Counted from the first letter of the stretch, positions 43,927 to 53,664 are shown. The stretch: DNA of 64,000 nucleotides from Parcubacteria group bacterium (GCA_028286565.1 JAQBRH010000002.1:81876-145875); one strand, 5' to 3'. Notes: generated by a model not told the origin, from the sequence alone. A program made the numbers and translations.

Positions 43927-45099
43927 TCATGATGCGATGACCGCGTGCGCAGAAAGGATCGTCAGCTTTTCGTCGCTCCTTACATTCGATTCGAGGGAAA
44001 TTATTTTTTCAGTGAACGAATTATCCTTGCCGACGATGATGACGTCGTGGCCGGGGAGAACGTCTTCGAGGATTTTTTTGGCTACGCCTTCAAATCCATA
44101 TGCGCCGACGACATATACTCGATACGGATGATCGGCATCTCCGTCCGCCACGCTCTTTGAGCGTTGCCACATCGCCGCCAGACTCGCAGCGGCATCATCG
44201 ACGATCCGGGATATATCGTCGCGGATCTCATCGACGAGGAAGCTTTCAGAGTATAGAGCGAGGTACGAGTGAGCCAGTTCATACGGCATCCTCATCTCCG
44301 CCTCGATGCGCTCGAGGATGGTTCCGGTGCCGAATTGGAGCGAGGTGGTGCTGATCGACTGGCCTTTCTTAAGAAAAAGGAGATCCGTTATCTCGCTTGT
44401 CATGCTGACAAACAGCGCGGAGTGGAGATCATTGAACGCATGCGTAAAGACCCGGAAATAAGCCCCCATAAAGCTCTCTATGGCCACACCTTCGTTAACA
44501 AAGAAGAATTTGATGATCTCCCCTTCTATCCGCTTGACCAGGCTCGACTTGGTGGCGCTCATGATGAGGCGCAGGTCCGCCGAAGCGGTGCGCTTTTTTA
44601 TGGGAAAGCGGGTCTCATAGCCGTTCAAAAAAAGCCCGGTGATCTTTGATTCAAAGACCTCGGTTTCTTCGACATATTCTGCATCGAGCTCCTTCTTGAA
44701 CCGCGCCTCTTCTTCCTTTAGAGCTTCGTTCCCGATGCTTTCATCCAAAAGGAATGGGGCGTCCTTGGTAATGTTCTTAAGAAAAGTCTTTGAGATGAGC
44801 CATGGAGAAGAGAGGGCGATCACCACCTTGGAAACCTCGGATCGGGTTCCCTTCTCGGGCAATGATCCGACGACGTTTTGATGGAGGCGGGCCAAGGCGT
44901 CCTCGAGGCTCCTGATCATGGCGTTCTCGCGTTCGGCGAGGCTTGCGCCTTTCTGCATATGAAAAGTAGGGCGGATGCTCGCGAGCATGTGCGGCACCTT
45001 ATCCTTGGATATTTTTATCAAGGCGACGCCGATCGAACCGGCTGAGATGTCGATGATGAGATTAAGATTTGAAAGATCGTTCGATGGCCAAAACTTCAT
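43927..45099 (-). CDS. Actin-like ATPase (ASKHA superfamily), FtsA/PilM-like
   Basis: N-terminal LNLIIDISAGSIGVALIK resembles the phosphate-1 motif of FtsA/PilM; length about 390 aa. Confidence 0.45.
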   Translation of the reverse strand: MKFWPSNDLSNLNLIIDISAGSIGVALIKISKDKVPHMLASIRPTFHMQKGASLAERENAMIRSLEDALARLHQNVVGSLPEKGTRSEVSKVVIALSSPWLISKTFLKNITKDAPFLLDESIGNEALKEEEARFKKELDAEYVEETEVFESKITGLFLNGYETRFPIKKRTASADLRLIMSATKSSLVKRIEGEIIKFFFVNEGVAIESFMGAYFRVFTHAFNDLHSALFVSMTSEITDLLFLKKGQSISTTSLQFGTGTILERIEAEMRMPYELAHSYLALYSESFLVDEIRDDISRIVDDAAASLAAMWQRSKSVADGDADHPYRVYVVGAYGFEGVAKKILEDVLPGHDVIIVGKDNSFTEKIISLESNVRSDEKLTILSAHAVIAS

Positions 45100-45124
45100 T
45101 CTCTTATTGTACCTCGATTTCTTT

Positions 45125-46894
45125 TTAGCTCAATATCGCTTTTATTCTTCGCACGCCCTGAGAGACCGCTTCTTCTTTTTGAATTGTAAATTTTCCGAGC
45201 TCCGACGTATTAGAAACATGCGGCCCTCCACAAAATTCTTTGGAGATAGCGGTATCGAGTGAATCTCCGATGAAGTACACCGATACTTGGTCCGGATATT
45301 TTTGATCGAAGAAGTGCAAGGCGCCGGAGGCGGTCGCTTCTTCTTTGTTCAAGACAACGTTCTGAACGGGAAGCTTGGCTTCGATGTTCCTATTCACAAT
45401 GTCTTCCACCTTCTGCTTTTCCTCGTCGGTCATTTTGCGGGAGAAGGCAAAGTCAAAGCGCAAACGCTCGGGAGTGATGTTCGAACCTTTTTGAGACACT
45501 TCGCCGCCAAGCACTTCTCGAAGAGCCTGATGAAGGAGATGGGTCGCCGTGTGATACTTCACGGACATTTCCGAGGTATCTGCGAGTCCGCCCTTGAATT
45601 TCTGTTCCGCCCCCGATCGCGAAAGGTCTTGGTGAGCCTTGAATTTCTCCCGGAAAGCTGCCTCGTCTATCTCGATCCCCTTCTCTTCTGCTAATTCTTT
45701 GGTGAGCTCGAACGGAAAGCCGTAGGAGGTGAAGAGAGTGAAGGCATCGACGCCCTTCTCGAACTGTTTGAGGCCATCCTTCAAAGTTTCTCTAAACTTA
45801 TTCTCTTCCTGGAGTACGGTGGCGTGTATAAGGGTTCGCTTTTCTTCGAGCTCCGGGTAAGCCTCCACATAGGAATTCACTACTCCTTGAGTGCAGATAT
45901 ACCCTAATTCTTGATTCATGATCCCAAGCTTGTCGGCGTTCACTACCGCCCTGCGTAAAAGTCTGCGCAATACATATCCTCGATCTGTATTCGACGGCAA
46001 AACCCCATCCGCGATCATGAACGTGGCTGTGCGCAAATGATCAGCTACTATTCTCTCGGACGTGATCCTCTGCTCTTCGGACAATTCTTTTTTCTCGGTT
46101 ATTTGAGAACGAAGTTCTTTAAAAATATGCTCGAACAGATCTGTATCATAGGCGGTCTGTTTGCCCTGCATCACCGCCGTCATGCGCTCGAGGCCGGCCC
46201 CGGTGTCCACATTCTGCTTGGCGAGCTTGCCGACAACTTTGCCGTCTCTTTTCTCGTATTCCATGAACACATCGTTCCAGATCTCAACAACGGTCTCGTC
46301 TTTGACCGCCTGAGTGAATTCTTCTTTTGACAGATCTCCAAGCGTACCGTTCATATCATAGAACATCTCTGTATCCGGACCGCAGGGGCCGTTGTCTCCG
46401 GGGCTCCACCAATTATCCTCGGCTCCTAATGGATAGATGCGATGCCCAGGCATACCCAGGCTAAGCCAGATCTTTTTGGATTCTTCATCAAAGGGAGCGT
46501 TGTCATCACCCTCAAATACTGTGACGTAGAGCCGTGATGGATCAAGGCCCAACCCTTCTTCTTTTGAGGTCAAAAATTCATAGCTCCAGAGAATAGCTTC
46601 GATCTTAAAATAATCGCCCAACGACCAGTTCCCCATCATTTGGAAAAAAGAAAAGTGCCTGTTGTCCCCTATGTCTTCGAGGTCTCCGGTGCGAACGCAT
46701 TTCTGCACATTGACTATTCTTTTGCCGGCCGGATGAGGTTTACCTAAAAGGTACGGTACCAATGGCTGCATGCCTGCGGTAGTGAAGAGGACCGACGGAT
46801 CGTTCTCGGGCACTAGCGAAGCACTAGGGATGACCGCATGCCCCCGATCGGCGAAGAATTTTAGGAATCTTGATCTGATCTCTTGTGAGTTCAT
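45125..46894 (-). CDS. alaS: Alanyl-tRNA synthetase, compact 589-aa form (catalytic, tRNA-recognition and minimal editing domains; no C-Ala domain)
   Basis: N-terminal …FTTAGMQPLVPYLLG…RHFSFFQMMGNWSLGDYFK; editing motifs HTATHLLH and CGGPHV. Confidence 0.88.
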   Translation of the reverse strand: MNSQEIRSRFLKFFADRGHAVIPSASLVPENDPSVLFTTAGMQPLVPYLLGKPHPAGKRIVNVQKCVRTGDLEDIGDNRHFSFFQMMGNWSLGDYFKIEAILWSYEFLTSKEEGLGLDPSRLYVTVFEGDDNAPFDEESKKIWLSLGMPGHRIYPLGAEDNWWSPGDNGPCGPDTEMFYDMNGTLGDLSKEEFTQAVKDETVVEIWNDVFMEYEKRDGKVVGKLAKQNVDTGAGLERMTAVMQGKQTAYDTDLFEHIFKELRSQITEKKELSEEQRITSERIVADHLRTATFMIADGVLPSNTDRGYVLRRLLRRAVVNADKLGIMNQELGYICTQGVVNSYVEAYPELEEKRTLIHATVLQEENKFRETLKDGLKQFEKGVDAFTLFTSYGFPFELTKELAEEKGIEIDEAAFREKFKAHQDLSRSGAEQKFKGGLADTSEMSVKYHTATHLLHQALREVLGGEVSQKGSNITPERLRFDFAFSRKMTDEEKQKVEDIVNRNIEAKLPVQNVVLNKEEATASGALHFFDQKYPDQVSVYFIGDSLDTAISKEFCGGPHVSNTSELGKFTIQKEEAVSQGVRRIKAILS

Positions 46895-48117
46895 TAGAGT
46901 GTGAATTGTCCGTTCTTGTAGATCACTTTGGTCTTTCCGTTCTTTAGATATGCGGTAACAGTTCGAGGCGAAGTTGAGAACATATCCGTATGGACCGATG
47001 AATCATTATACCCAAGTCTCTTCCATTCTGCCGATTTTACCTTAGAGGGATCGCCTTTGTAGCAATCCTTGTATGACATACCGAGGGCAACATGCGTGTT
47101 TCCATTCGGGCCTCCCATATTCTCGTCGTACATAGTGTCGGCCATGAATCGAGTGATCCGGGATAGGCGTCGATCAGTAAGAGAAAACTCTCCGAGCTTG
47201 TCTGCGTCTTTAGTTGCGATCATAGTTTTAAGCACATCTTCATTGTGTGTGGCCTTGGATCTCACCACCTTTCCATTCCGGAATTCAAGCTCTATGCCTT
47301 TAACGAGGTTCCCGTATCTATAAAGCGGCTGATTGAACTTGATGTATCCCTCAGTCCCTCGCCAATCAGGCGATGTAAAGACTTCAAAAGAAGGAATATT
47401 CGCACCTCCACCGGATTTCCAGCCTCGTTTCTCTCCGATTTGTACCCAAAGGTCAATGTCCGGAGCGACCACATGCACTTTCTCTATCTCAAGATCGTTC
47501 AACTTCTTCACAGTCCTTGCGAGTGTTGCTTCGATCTTTCTCCACTCCTTGATTGGATTTTCTTTATCGAGAAAGCACGCATTGATTATTTGCTGCCAGT
47601 ATTCCTTGAGAGACATGCCGGCTTCTTTGGCCATGGCTTCTGTCGCATAATTTGCAACGCTCCACGTCAGCTTTTTAGCTCGCTCTTTTTCAAAAAACCA
47701 TTTCTGATCGAGCTTCCACGCTTCGTTTCTCTGATGCATCTTCTTTGTATCAATTCCTTTGAGGGCGTGCATATCAGTCTTTGCATACAGCATCAAAGAG
47801 TGGTCAATGGTTTCTATTTGGCCCTTCGCGAGTTTTTTTGGAAAAAATGCAAGCTGTTCATTCGACGCAAGTTCATAAAATGTTCTTGTTGGCTTAAAGT
47901 CAGGAGCATCATCTAATCCGTATCGCTGGATGACATTTCCGCCCTTTTTCCAAACAGCTTTTAGAACTTCTATATATAGGAGGCGGGTGGATTCTGTGGC
48001 ATGAACAAGGACAGTATCTCCCTTTTTAATCCCCTTGCCGCCCCCAAGTGCAAAATTCACCAGCACGTCCGCGTAGCGTTCGAGGATCTTCTGAGAGGGA
48101 ATATAGGGTTTATTCAT
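46894..48117 (-). CDS. M29 family aminopeptidase (AmpS/PepS-like)
   Basis: N-terminal …RYADVLVNFAL…GDTVLV… and conserved M29 metal-binding region (…NGNTHVALG…). Confidence 0.75.
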   Translation of the reverse strand: MNKPYIPSQKILERYADVLVNFALGGGKGIKKGDTVLVHATESTRLLYIEVLKAVWKKGGNVIQRYGLDDAPDFKPTRTFYELASNEQLAFFPKKLAKGQIETIDHSLMLYAKTDMHALKGIDTKKMHQRNEAWKLDQKWFFEKERAKKLTWSVANYATEAMAKEAGMSLKEYWQQIINACFLDKENPIKEWRKIEATLARTVKKLNDLEIEKVHVVAPDIDLWVQIGEKRGWKSGGGANIPSFEVFTSPDWRGTEGYIKFNQPLYRYGNLVKGIELEFRNGKVVRSKATHNEDVLKTMIATKDADKLGEFSLTDRRLSRITRFMADTMYDENMGGPNGNTHVALGMSYKDCYKGDPSKVKSAEWKRLGYNDSSVHTDMFSTSPRTVTAYLKNGKTKVIYKNGQFTL

Positions 48118-48142
48118 ATGGGCACTATATCAATTTTAGATA

Positions 48143-48173
48143 GAAATAAAAACTCCGCACGACATGTGCGGGG
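48143..48173 (-). terminator. Intrinsic terminator (CTCCGCAC-gacat-GTGCGGGG plus U-run)
   Basis: Hairpin immediately after the stop of gene 48174..48407, followed by A7 on the plus strand. Confidence 0.65.
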
Positions 48174-48407
48174 TTACCTGAGCTTATTCTGTATCACTGC
48201 TAGGTTGCCGGGTTCAGCGTCGAGAAGCGGTGTCTCCAGTTGGATATTTGGGATATCACTCGGCTTTTTGTTGAGCCGCTGGAGAAGCTTGATGACGAAC
48301 TCATCGAACTCGTTGATAACCGGCTGGGATCGGTTAGCGCGACGAGTCCTGCTGAACTCCTGCAACGTTCGGAAGGTGCTCTTCACATCTGCAAAGGTCT
48401 TGTTCAT
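48174..48407 (-). CDS. Hypothetical 77-aa protein
   Basis: GAGAGGA SD 4 nt upstream of the ATG; own terminator. Confidence 0.45.
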   Translation of the reverse strand: MNKTFADVKSTFRTLQEFSRTRRANRSQPVINEFDEFVIKLLQRLNKKPSDIPNIQLETPLLDAEPGNLAVIQNKLR

Positions 48408-48463
48408 GGGTCCTCTCTGAGGTTCGGTACTAAGGATTAAGCTAATCCTTTACCCAAAGGAAG

Positions 48464-49054
48464 TCAAATAAGGCTTTTGAGGATCTTGAAATCCGTTCGC
48501 AGTTCGTCCTTTGAGCCGGGATTATAGAGTGCCACAGCAGGGTGATAGAGAGGAACCACCTTCACTTTCTCTCCGCTGATCTCTGTCTCGAATACTTTGC
48601 CATGGAGGGCAGAGATGGGACTCGTCTCAAACGAAAGGCCGTACCGGTTCATGATGTATTGCATCGAAAAGCGCCCGAGGGTAGCGATCACTTTTGGCTT
48701 CATGATCTCAATTTGTCGGTCGAGGAAAGGGGCATAGAGTTCTATCTCCTCGGGTTTTGGATCGCGGTTCTTCGGCGGGCGATCCTTCACGATATTTGTG
48801 ATGTAGACATCCTCGCGCTTGATCCCCACTCCTTCGAGAAGTTCGTTCAAAAATTGCCCCGATCGTCCGACGAAGGGCCGGCCCGAGAGGGCCTCCTTTT
48901 CTCCGGGAGCTTCTCCGACGAACATAATTTTAGCCTCGTGGCTTCCTTCGCCGATCACCGGGAAATATTTCTCTTTGCGTCGAAGATCGGCGAGGTCTCC
49001 TTGAATATCAAGTACCTCGTCTTTTATCTTTTTAAGCTCGTCGGTGTTCGACAT
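48464..49054 (-). CDS. Uracil-DNA glycosylase, family 4-like
   Basis: GEGSHEAKIMFVGEAPGEKE…GRPFVGRSG…ITNIVKDRPP…HPAVALYNP matches family-4 UDG motifs, but the usual Fe-S cysteines are not evident. Confidence 0.75.
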   Translation of the reverse strand: MSNTDELKKIKDEVLDIQGDLADLRRKEKYFPVIGEGSHEAKIMFVGEAPGEKEALSGRPFVGRSGQFLNELLEGVGIKREDVYITNIVKDRPPKNRDPKPEEIELYAPFLDRQIEIMKPKVIATLGRFSMQYIMNRYGLSFETSPISALHGKVFETEISGEKVKVVPLYHPAVALYNPGSKDELRTDFKILKSLI

Positions 49055-49061
49055 AGAGGTA

Positions 49062-49508
49062 TTACCTCTTCTGATCCGGTTTTTCTTCGAGGTGGAGCAT
49101 CATATGTTCGACGAACCAGAAGAAGGTGAAGACGATGAGCACAATGAGGGTAGCGAAGATGGCGAGCCATTCGAGGCCATAGCCGACGCTCACGCCGATG
49201 CCTGCGGCCACCCAGAGGCCGGCAGCAGTGGTAAGACCGGAGATCTGAGAATCCTTGAAGACGATCACCCCTCCGCAGAGGAAACCGATACCCATGACCA
49301 CTCCGGCGGCGATCCTCATCGGGTCGAAAGCGTATTGTCCGCCTGCGGGGATGACGATGCGGGAGATCAATATAAAGAGGCACGAACCCATAGACACGAG
49401 GCTGTAGGTACGCATGCCCGCAGTCTTGCCTGCGAAGGACCGCTCGATCCCGAGAGACGTCCCGAGGAGGAGCGCGATGATCAGATCAATAAAATAGATG
49501 GAGTACAT
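49062..49508 (-). CDS. mgtC: MgtC/SapB family membrane protein
   Basis: GIERSFAGKTAGMRTYSLVSMGSCLF matches the MgtC signature; 4-5 TM helices. Confidence 0.75.
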   Translation of the reverse strand: MYSIYFIDLIIALLLGTSLGIERSFAGKTAGMRTYSLVSMGSCLFILISRIVIPAGGQYAFDPMRIAAGVVMGIGFLCGGVIVFKDSQISGLTTAAGLWVAAGIGVSVGYGLEWLAIFATLIVLIVFTFFWFVEHMMLHLEEKPDQKR

Positions 49509-49509
49509 A

Positions 49510-50355
49510 TTAAAGTTCGTTTATTTCATTCATGACCGCCTCGACATCTACGTGAGACCCGAGGACCTCGGCCAGAATGTTCTGGTTATTTTTGATAGTG
49601 GTGCAGAGAACTACTCTTGATTTCATCAGCGCCGTTTTATCCGCTGACGAAAGCGAGGTGAGGCACGTGATCGGATGGAGGCTCGCTTCTTCGATCATGT
49701 CCTGCAGGTTTCCTTTTTCCGGATAGTTCCATCCAATCATAGTAAGGTTTTTGCATTCTCCATAGTGGATAGCTGTGGACGAGAACTTTGTATTGGTGAT
49801 GAGCCAGCCTTCATCCAGCGATCGATCTCTGCCTCCGTAGTTGAACATATTCTCCTTGAGGTCATCAAAACGCGCTTTGACATAGAGAGCGACCTTCACA
49901 TCGGACTTGCTTCCGAGCTCATTGTGGAACTTGGCTTCGCACATTATGAGCTTCTTCTCGTTCCAAGCGACAACGTCGACCTCGTGGGGCACGCATCCAC
50001 CGAGAACGGTTTGCCGCGTGAGCGTATCGAATCCTTTTGACTTCAATACTTCCGCCACAAAGTCCTCGAAGGGAAATCCGGACGGGCCAAGGTCCATCAC
50101 CGCCCGGCGCAGCGAATATCTCCGAGCCACCGGCTTCTCGGCGGCGTGGAGGAGGGAAAATGCGTGCTTGTAGATCTCGGACGTCGTCATCCCGTCATAG
50201 AGCTCGGGGAGAAGATGCAGGATCACCTCGTCGGTTTCGGCCCTTGATGCGCCGGAGCGAAGGAGCGAGGCGCGGAGCTTTTCTGTATCAAAGGCTTCAT
50301 GCTTGCCGTTCGCCTTCTCGATAGTGATCTGGGTGGTAGTGAGGTCCGGATTCAT
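49510..50355 (-). CDS. ATP-cone domain fused to an Mrr-like PD-(D/E)xK restriction-endonuclease-fold domain
   Basis: N-terminal ITIEKANGKHEAFDTEKLRASLLRSG (ATP-cone). C-terminal FEDFVAEVLKSKGF…HEVDVVAW…LIMCEAKF (Mrr_cat-like D…ExK). Confidence 0.6.
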   Translation of the reverse strand: MNPDLTTTQITIEKANGKHEAFDTEKLRASLLRSGASRAETDEVILHLLPELYDGMTTSEIYKHAFSLLHAAEKPVARRYSLRRAVMDLGPSGFPFEDFVAEVLKSKGFDTLTRQTVLGGCVPHEVDVVAWNEKKLIMCEAKFHNELGSKSDVKVALYVKARFDDLKENMFNYGGRDRSLDEGWLITNTKFSSTAIHYGECKNLTMIGWNYPEKGNLQDMIEEASLHPITCLTSLSSADKTALMKSRVVLCTTIKNNQNILAEVLGSHVDVEAVMNEINEL

Positions 50356-50376
50356 TCAAAAGATTATACCTTAGAT

Positions 50377-51498
50377 CTATTTAACCGCATTAATGATGCC
50401 CCCTCCGATCATGATCGGGCCTTCGTAGAACACGATCGATTGGCCTGGCGAAACTCCGATGACCGGCTTTTCGAATTCGATCAAGAGTCTGCTCTTAGCA
50501 CTGTTTATGAGCACAGGTAGTTTCTCCCCTCTGTATCTGATCCGGGCGGTGGTCTTGGTCCCTTCGGGGCGCATTAACCAGTTCACATCCTTGGCGGTGA
50601 TGGCTTTTGGAGAAAGAGAGAGGATCTCTTGGGAGTTATTAGAAACCGTGATGGTGTTCTCGATCATGTCTTTTGAGACGACATACGAAGCCGAATCATG
50701 GGGGCTCTTTTTATCGATGGTAAATCCGTGCCTCTCGCCGATCGTATAATAGAGCGCTCCGGTGTGGATGCCGATCGCTTCGCCCTTGGTGTTCAAGACG
50801 TCCCCAGGCTTTGTCTCGATGAATTCACCGAGGAATTCTTCGAGAGTGATCTCCCCAATGAAGCAAATGCCCTGGCTGTCTTTCTTCGCCGCGACGGGGA
50901 TGGCAAATTTCTCCGCGAGCGAGCGCACCTCTTTTTTTTCGATATGGCCGACCGGGAAGAGCACATGTTCGAGATCCTTCTCGGTCAGGGTCCACAAAAA
51001 GTAGCTTTGATCCTTCTCCGCATCATTACCTTCCATGAGGAAAAAGCTGCCGTCCTTTTCCCTGACCTGCGCATAGTGGCCCGTGGCTATATAGTCTGCG
51101 CCCATCTCCTTGGCCTTCTTCCAAAAAGCTCCGAATTTCACTTCCCTATTGCACATCACATCCGGGTTTGGCGTGCGGCCCTTCCTGTATTCTTCGATCA
51201 TATAATCCGCAACGCCTTTCTTGTATTCCTTCTCAAAATCAAAAAAGAGGAACGGGATGCCGAGCTTCGCCGCCACCCGCATGGCGTCCCTTCGCTCCTC
51301 TCTCCAAGTGCAGGGCAGGAAGCTCGGCGACCAGACCTTGATGAAGACCCCGGTGACGTCGTATCCGGCCTGCTGCAAAAGCGCTGCAGAGACAGCGCTA
51401 TCCACTCCCCCGGAGAGGCCGACAAAGACCCGCTTGCCGGGCCTGTTTTTAGGATCCGTGTTACTTGAGATACTTGGCGATGTTCTTGTTGTGGTCAT
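50377..51498 (-). CDS. mnmA: tRNA-specific 2-thiouridylase MnmA
   Basis: VFVGLSGGVDSAVSAALL (PP-loop); MnmA catalytic cysteine regions. Start set at the ATG (MTTTRTS…), giving a 38-nt overlap with mltG. Confidence 0.85.
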   Translation of the reverse strand: MTTTRTSPSISSNTDPKNRPGKRVFVGLSGGVDSAVSAALLQQAGYDVTGVFIKVWSPSFLPCTWREERRDAMRVAAKLGIPFLFFDFEKEYKKGVADYMIEEYRKGRTPNPDVMCNREVKFGAFWKKAKEMGADYIATGHYAQVREKDGSFFLMEGNDAEKDQSYFLWTLTEKDLEHVLFPVGHIEKKEVRSLAEKFAIPVAAKKDSQGICFIGEITLEEFLGEFIETKPGDVLNTKGEAIGIHTGALYYTIGERHGFTIDKKSPHDSASYVVSKDMIENTITVSNNSQEILSLSPKAITAKDVNWLMRPEGTKTTARIRYRGEKLPVLINSAKSRLLIEFEKPVIGVSPGQSIVFYEGPIMIGGGIINAVK

Positions 51499-52402
51499 CA
51501 AGAGTCCTAGCGTAATGCATCTTCCCTTCCTTGTCACTGATGTAATAGAGATACGGAGATGCTGTGGGGCGCAGAGCGGCTTCAATGGAGACAAGGCCCG
51601 GGTTGTTGATCGGATGATCCGGCAGGCCTTGATAGGTGTATGTTTCCTTCTTTGCGTCGACTTGGAGCGGCATATGAAGGCCGATGCGCTTCCACAGCAC
51701 TCCGGCGATCATGCTCATGTCAGCGGGAGACTTCCCCTCCGCTTCAAGGATAGAGGCCATGGTGAGGATCTCGTTCAGCGTATGGGGAGAAGCCGCGATC
51801 TCATCCCGCCATGGTTCGATCTTCTTTTCAAAATTATTGGCAAGGAGGGTGATGGTCGAGGACGCCATAGCGCTCACTTCAACAAAATATGTATCCGGGA
51901 ACAGATATCCTTCGCGGGCCGTATCCAGGAACTCCGCGTGGTCAAAGAGAGGAAATCGATCATCAAAGAGATTTGAGATCTCTGCATTCGTATATCCTTC
52001 GGGGATGGTCGTTCGAATGGTAGCAAGCCCTCGAGATCCGTGGACTATCCTCCAGGCGATCCGGATAGCGTTCTCTTTGTTCGGGAGGTAATAGTCCCCC
52101 GCCTGCAAAATATGCTCGCCTCCGAACAAGATAGCCGCGGTTCTGAATCCAAGTGGAGAACGGATCACGCCCTGTTTCTCCAAGAGCTGCGAGAGGGTTA
52201 GGAGGCCTGTACCTTGAGGGATGGTGATGATTTTTCTTGACGGGAAGTTCCTCGGGGTCGAGAAAAGAAAAAAATATCCGCCCAAGAGAAGGAGGCCTCC
52301 CAAGAGAACCGCCGGGTACCTCTTCTTTGGACCCTGGGGTCCGAAGATGGCCATCATGCGTTCCGCAAGTTGTTTTGAGTATGATAAATAAGGATTCTCC
52401 AT
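51461..52402 (-). CDS. mltG: Endolytic murein transglycosylase MltG (YceG-like)
   Basis: N-terminal TM; YLFPDTY, ASILEAEG and GLPDHPINNPG YceG motifs. Confidence 0.85.
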   Translation of the reverse strand: MENPYLSYSKQLAERMMAIFGPQGPKKRYPAVLLGGLLLLGGYFFLFSTPRNFPSRKIITIPQGTGLLTLSQLLEKQGVIRSPLGFRTAAILFGGEHILQAGDYYLPNKENAIRIAWRIVHGSRGLATIRTTIPEGYTNAEISNLFDDRFPLFDHAEFLDTAREGYLFPDTYFVEVSAMASSTITLLANNFEKKIEPWRDEIAASPHTLNEILTMASILEAEGKSPADMSMIAGVLWKRIGLHMPLQVDAKKETYTYQGLPDHPINNPGLVSIEAALRPTASPYLYYISDKEGKMHYARTLDDHNKNIAKYLK

Positions 52403-53644
52403 TTATATAGGAAGGTTCGCGGGGGCTTCGGCTTTCTTCGAAGGAATGCGGGCGAGCGTAGGGGTGGCAGCGACGAGGGACGATGGGAAGTGCCACATGG
52501 TAGCCAGTTCCTCCGTCGTCAGTATAAACGGCTTGCCGTTAAAATTCTTAAACGGAGTATTGAAGAATGAGCGGCGCTTGTAGGCTTCGAGGATCTTTTT
52601 CTCATTTTCGAATTTTTTCCTGCCCTTGAAGTCCTGCCACGGATAATCATATCCGGTGTTCCAATCGGGCTTGAAGCCGTTCATGTTCGCCGAACCGAAT
52701 TGCTTGAAGCTTCCCAAGAGTCCGCCGATATTATTCGGATTAAAGGCGTCTTTCTCGGCGATGTAGGCGCCGCGGATCATGGTATCAAAAGGAGTCTTCG
52801 CCAGGGTCCGTTCGATAGCTTCGACCACATCCTGATTGGTTTTGCTCAGATCCTTTAAGAGCGGCTCCTTGCCTTCGGCCGGCTTCGGCGCATTTTTCTT
52901 TATAAAGTCTTTTATTTCTTTTTGGGCGGCGTCCTTCCAATCGGGCTTGGCGGTTATTCGGCCAAGCTTGAGGCCCTCCTTTGTATGTCCTTGGAGAAGG
53001 ATCTGGATCCAGGCCTGTTCGCCCTTTTTAAGCGAGCCGAGGAATTCGAGTACGGGGACGATCGGGTCCGTTTTGTATTCTTCTTCTTGATCCTTGTCCA
53101 AGCCGTAGTCGAGGTATGTCTTGATCGGATAGGCGTCCTTCTTGGTCAACGCGAACTGCCCGAACCATCCGAAATTCCACCTTGACGGATCATGATGAAC
53201 TCCGAGCGCATAGTCGGGCACTTCATGGACCTCGATGTTCGGGAACTGCGCATAGAGCTGGGTCTCGACCACGTTCTTGAACTTTGGATGGAGCCAGATA
53301 TAGAAATGCACGCCGCCGTCAATAGAAACAAGTTCAAGAGAGAACCACGGCCGAACGCGGCCCTTGAGGTAGACGTCGAGGAGCGACCCGACTCCCGTCT
53401 GGGAAAGGGTGTTCAAAAAGACTTCCATGGCGAGCGGCGATTTGACCATCTCGCGGGGAATGCGAATTTCGAGGAGCATGGCGCCTTGGCTCTTTATATA
53501 CTCCCTGCGCTTATACAAGAGCCATAATTCGAACCAGGTGAGGATGAACATGAGCGGGATCCAAATGGGAGCGAGCGTCTTCGCCGCATGCCACACGGTC
53601 TGGATCCACGGCGCGGTAAATAGAGATGCGAACTGTGAGAACAT
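52403..53644 (-). CDS. Hypothetical 413-aa membrane protein
   Basis: Start MFSQFASLF… lies 7 nt after a TACAAT box (leaderless). Two N-terminal TM helices; Lys-rich soluble domain. The upstream 105 codons of the track ORF look like a spurious extension through the terminator. Confidence 0.55.
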   Translation of the reverse strand: MFSQFASLFTAPWIQTVWHAAKTLAPIWIPLMFILTWFELWLLYKRREYIKSQGAMLLEIRIPREMVKSPLAMEVFLNTLSQTGVGSLLDVYLKGRVRPWFSLELVSIDGGVHFYIWLHPKFKNVVETQLYAQFPNIEVHEVPDYALGVHHDPSRWNFGWFGQFALTKKDAYPIKTYLDYGLDKDQEEEYKTDPIVPVLEFLGSLKKGEQAWIQILLQGHTKEGLKLGRITAKPDWKDAAQKEIKDFIKKNAPKPAEGKEPLLKDLSKTNQDVVEAIERTLAKTPFDTMIRGAYIAEKDAFNPNNIGGLLGSFKQFGSANMNGFKPDWNTGYDYPWQDFKGRKKFENEKKILEAYKRRSFFNTPFKNFNGKPFILTTEELATMWHFPSSLVAATPTLARIPSKKAEAPANLPI

Positions 53645-53664
53645 GAAAATATTGTAGCAGAGAT

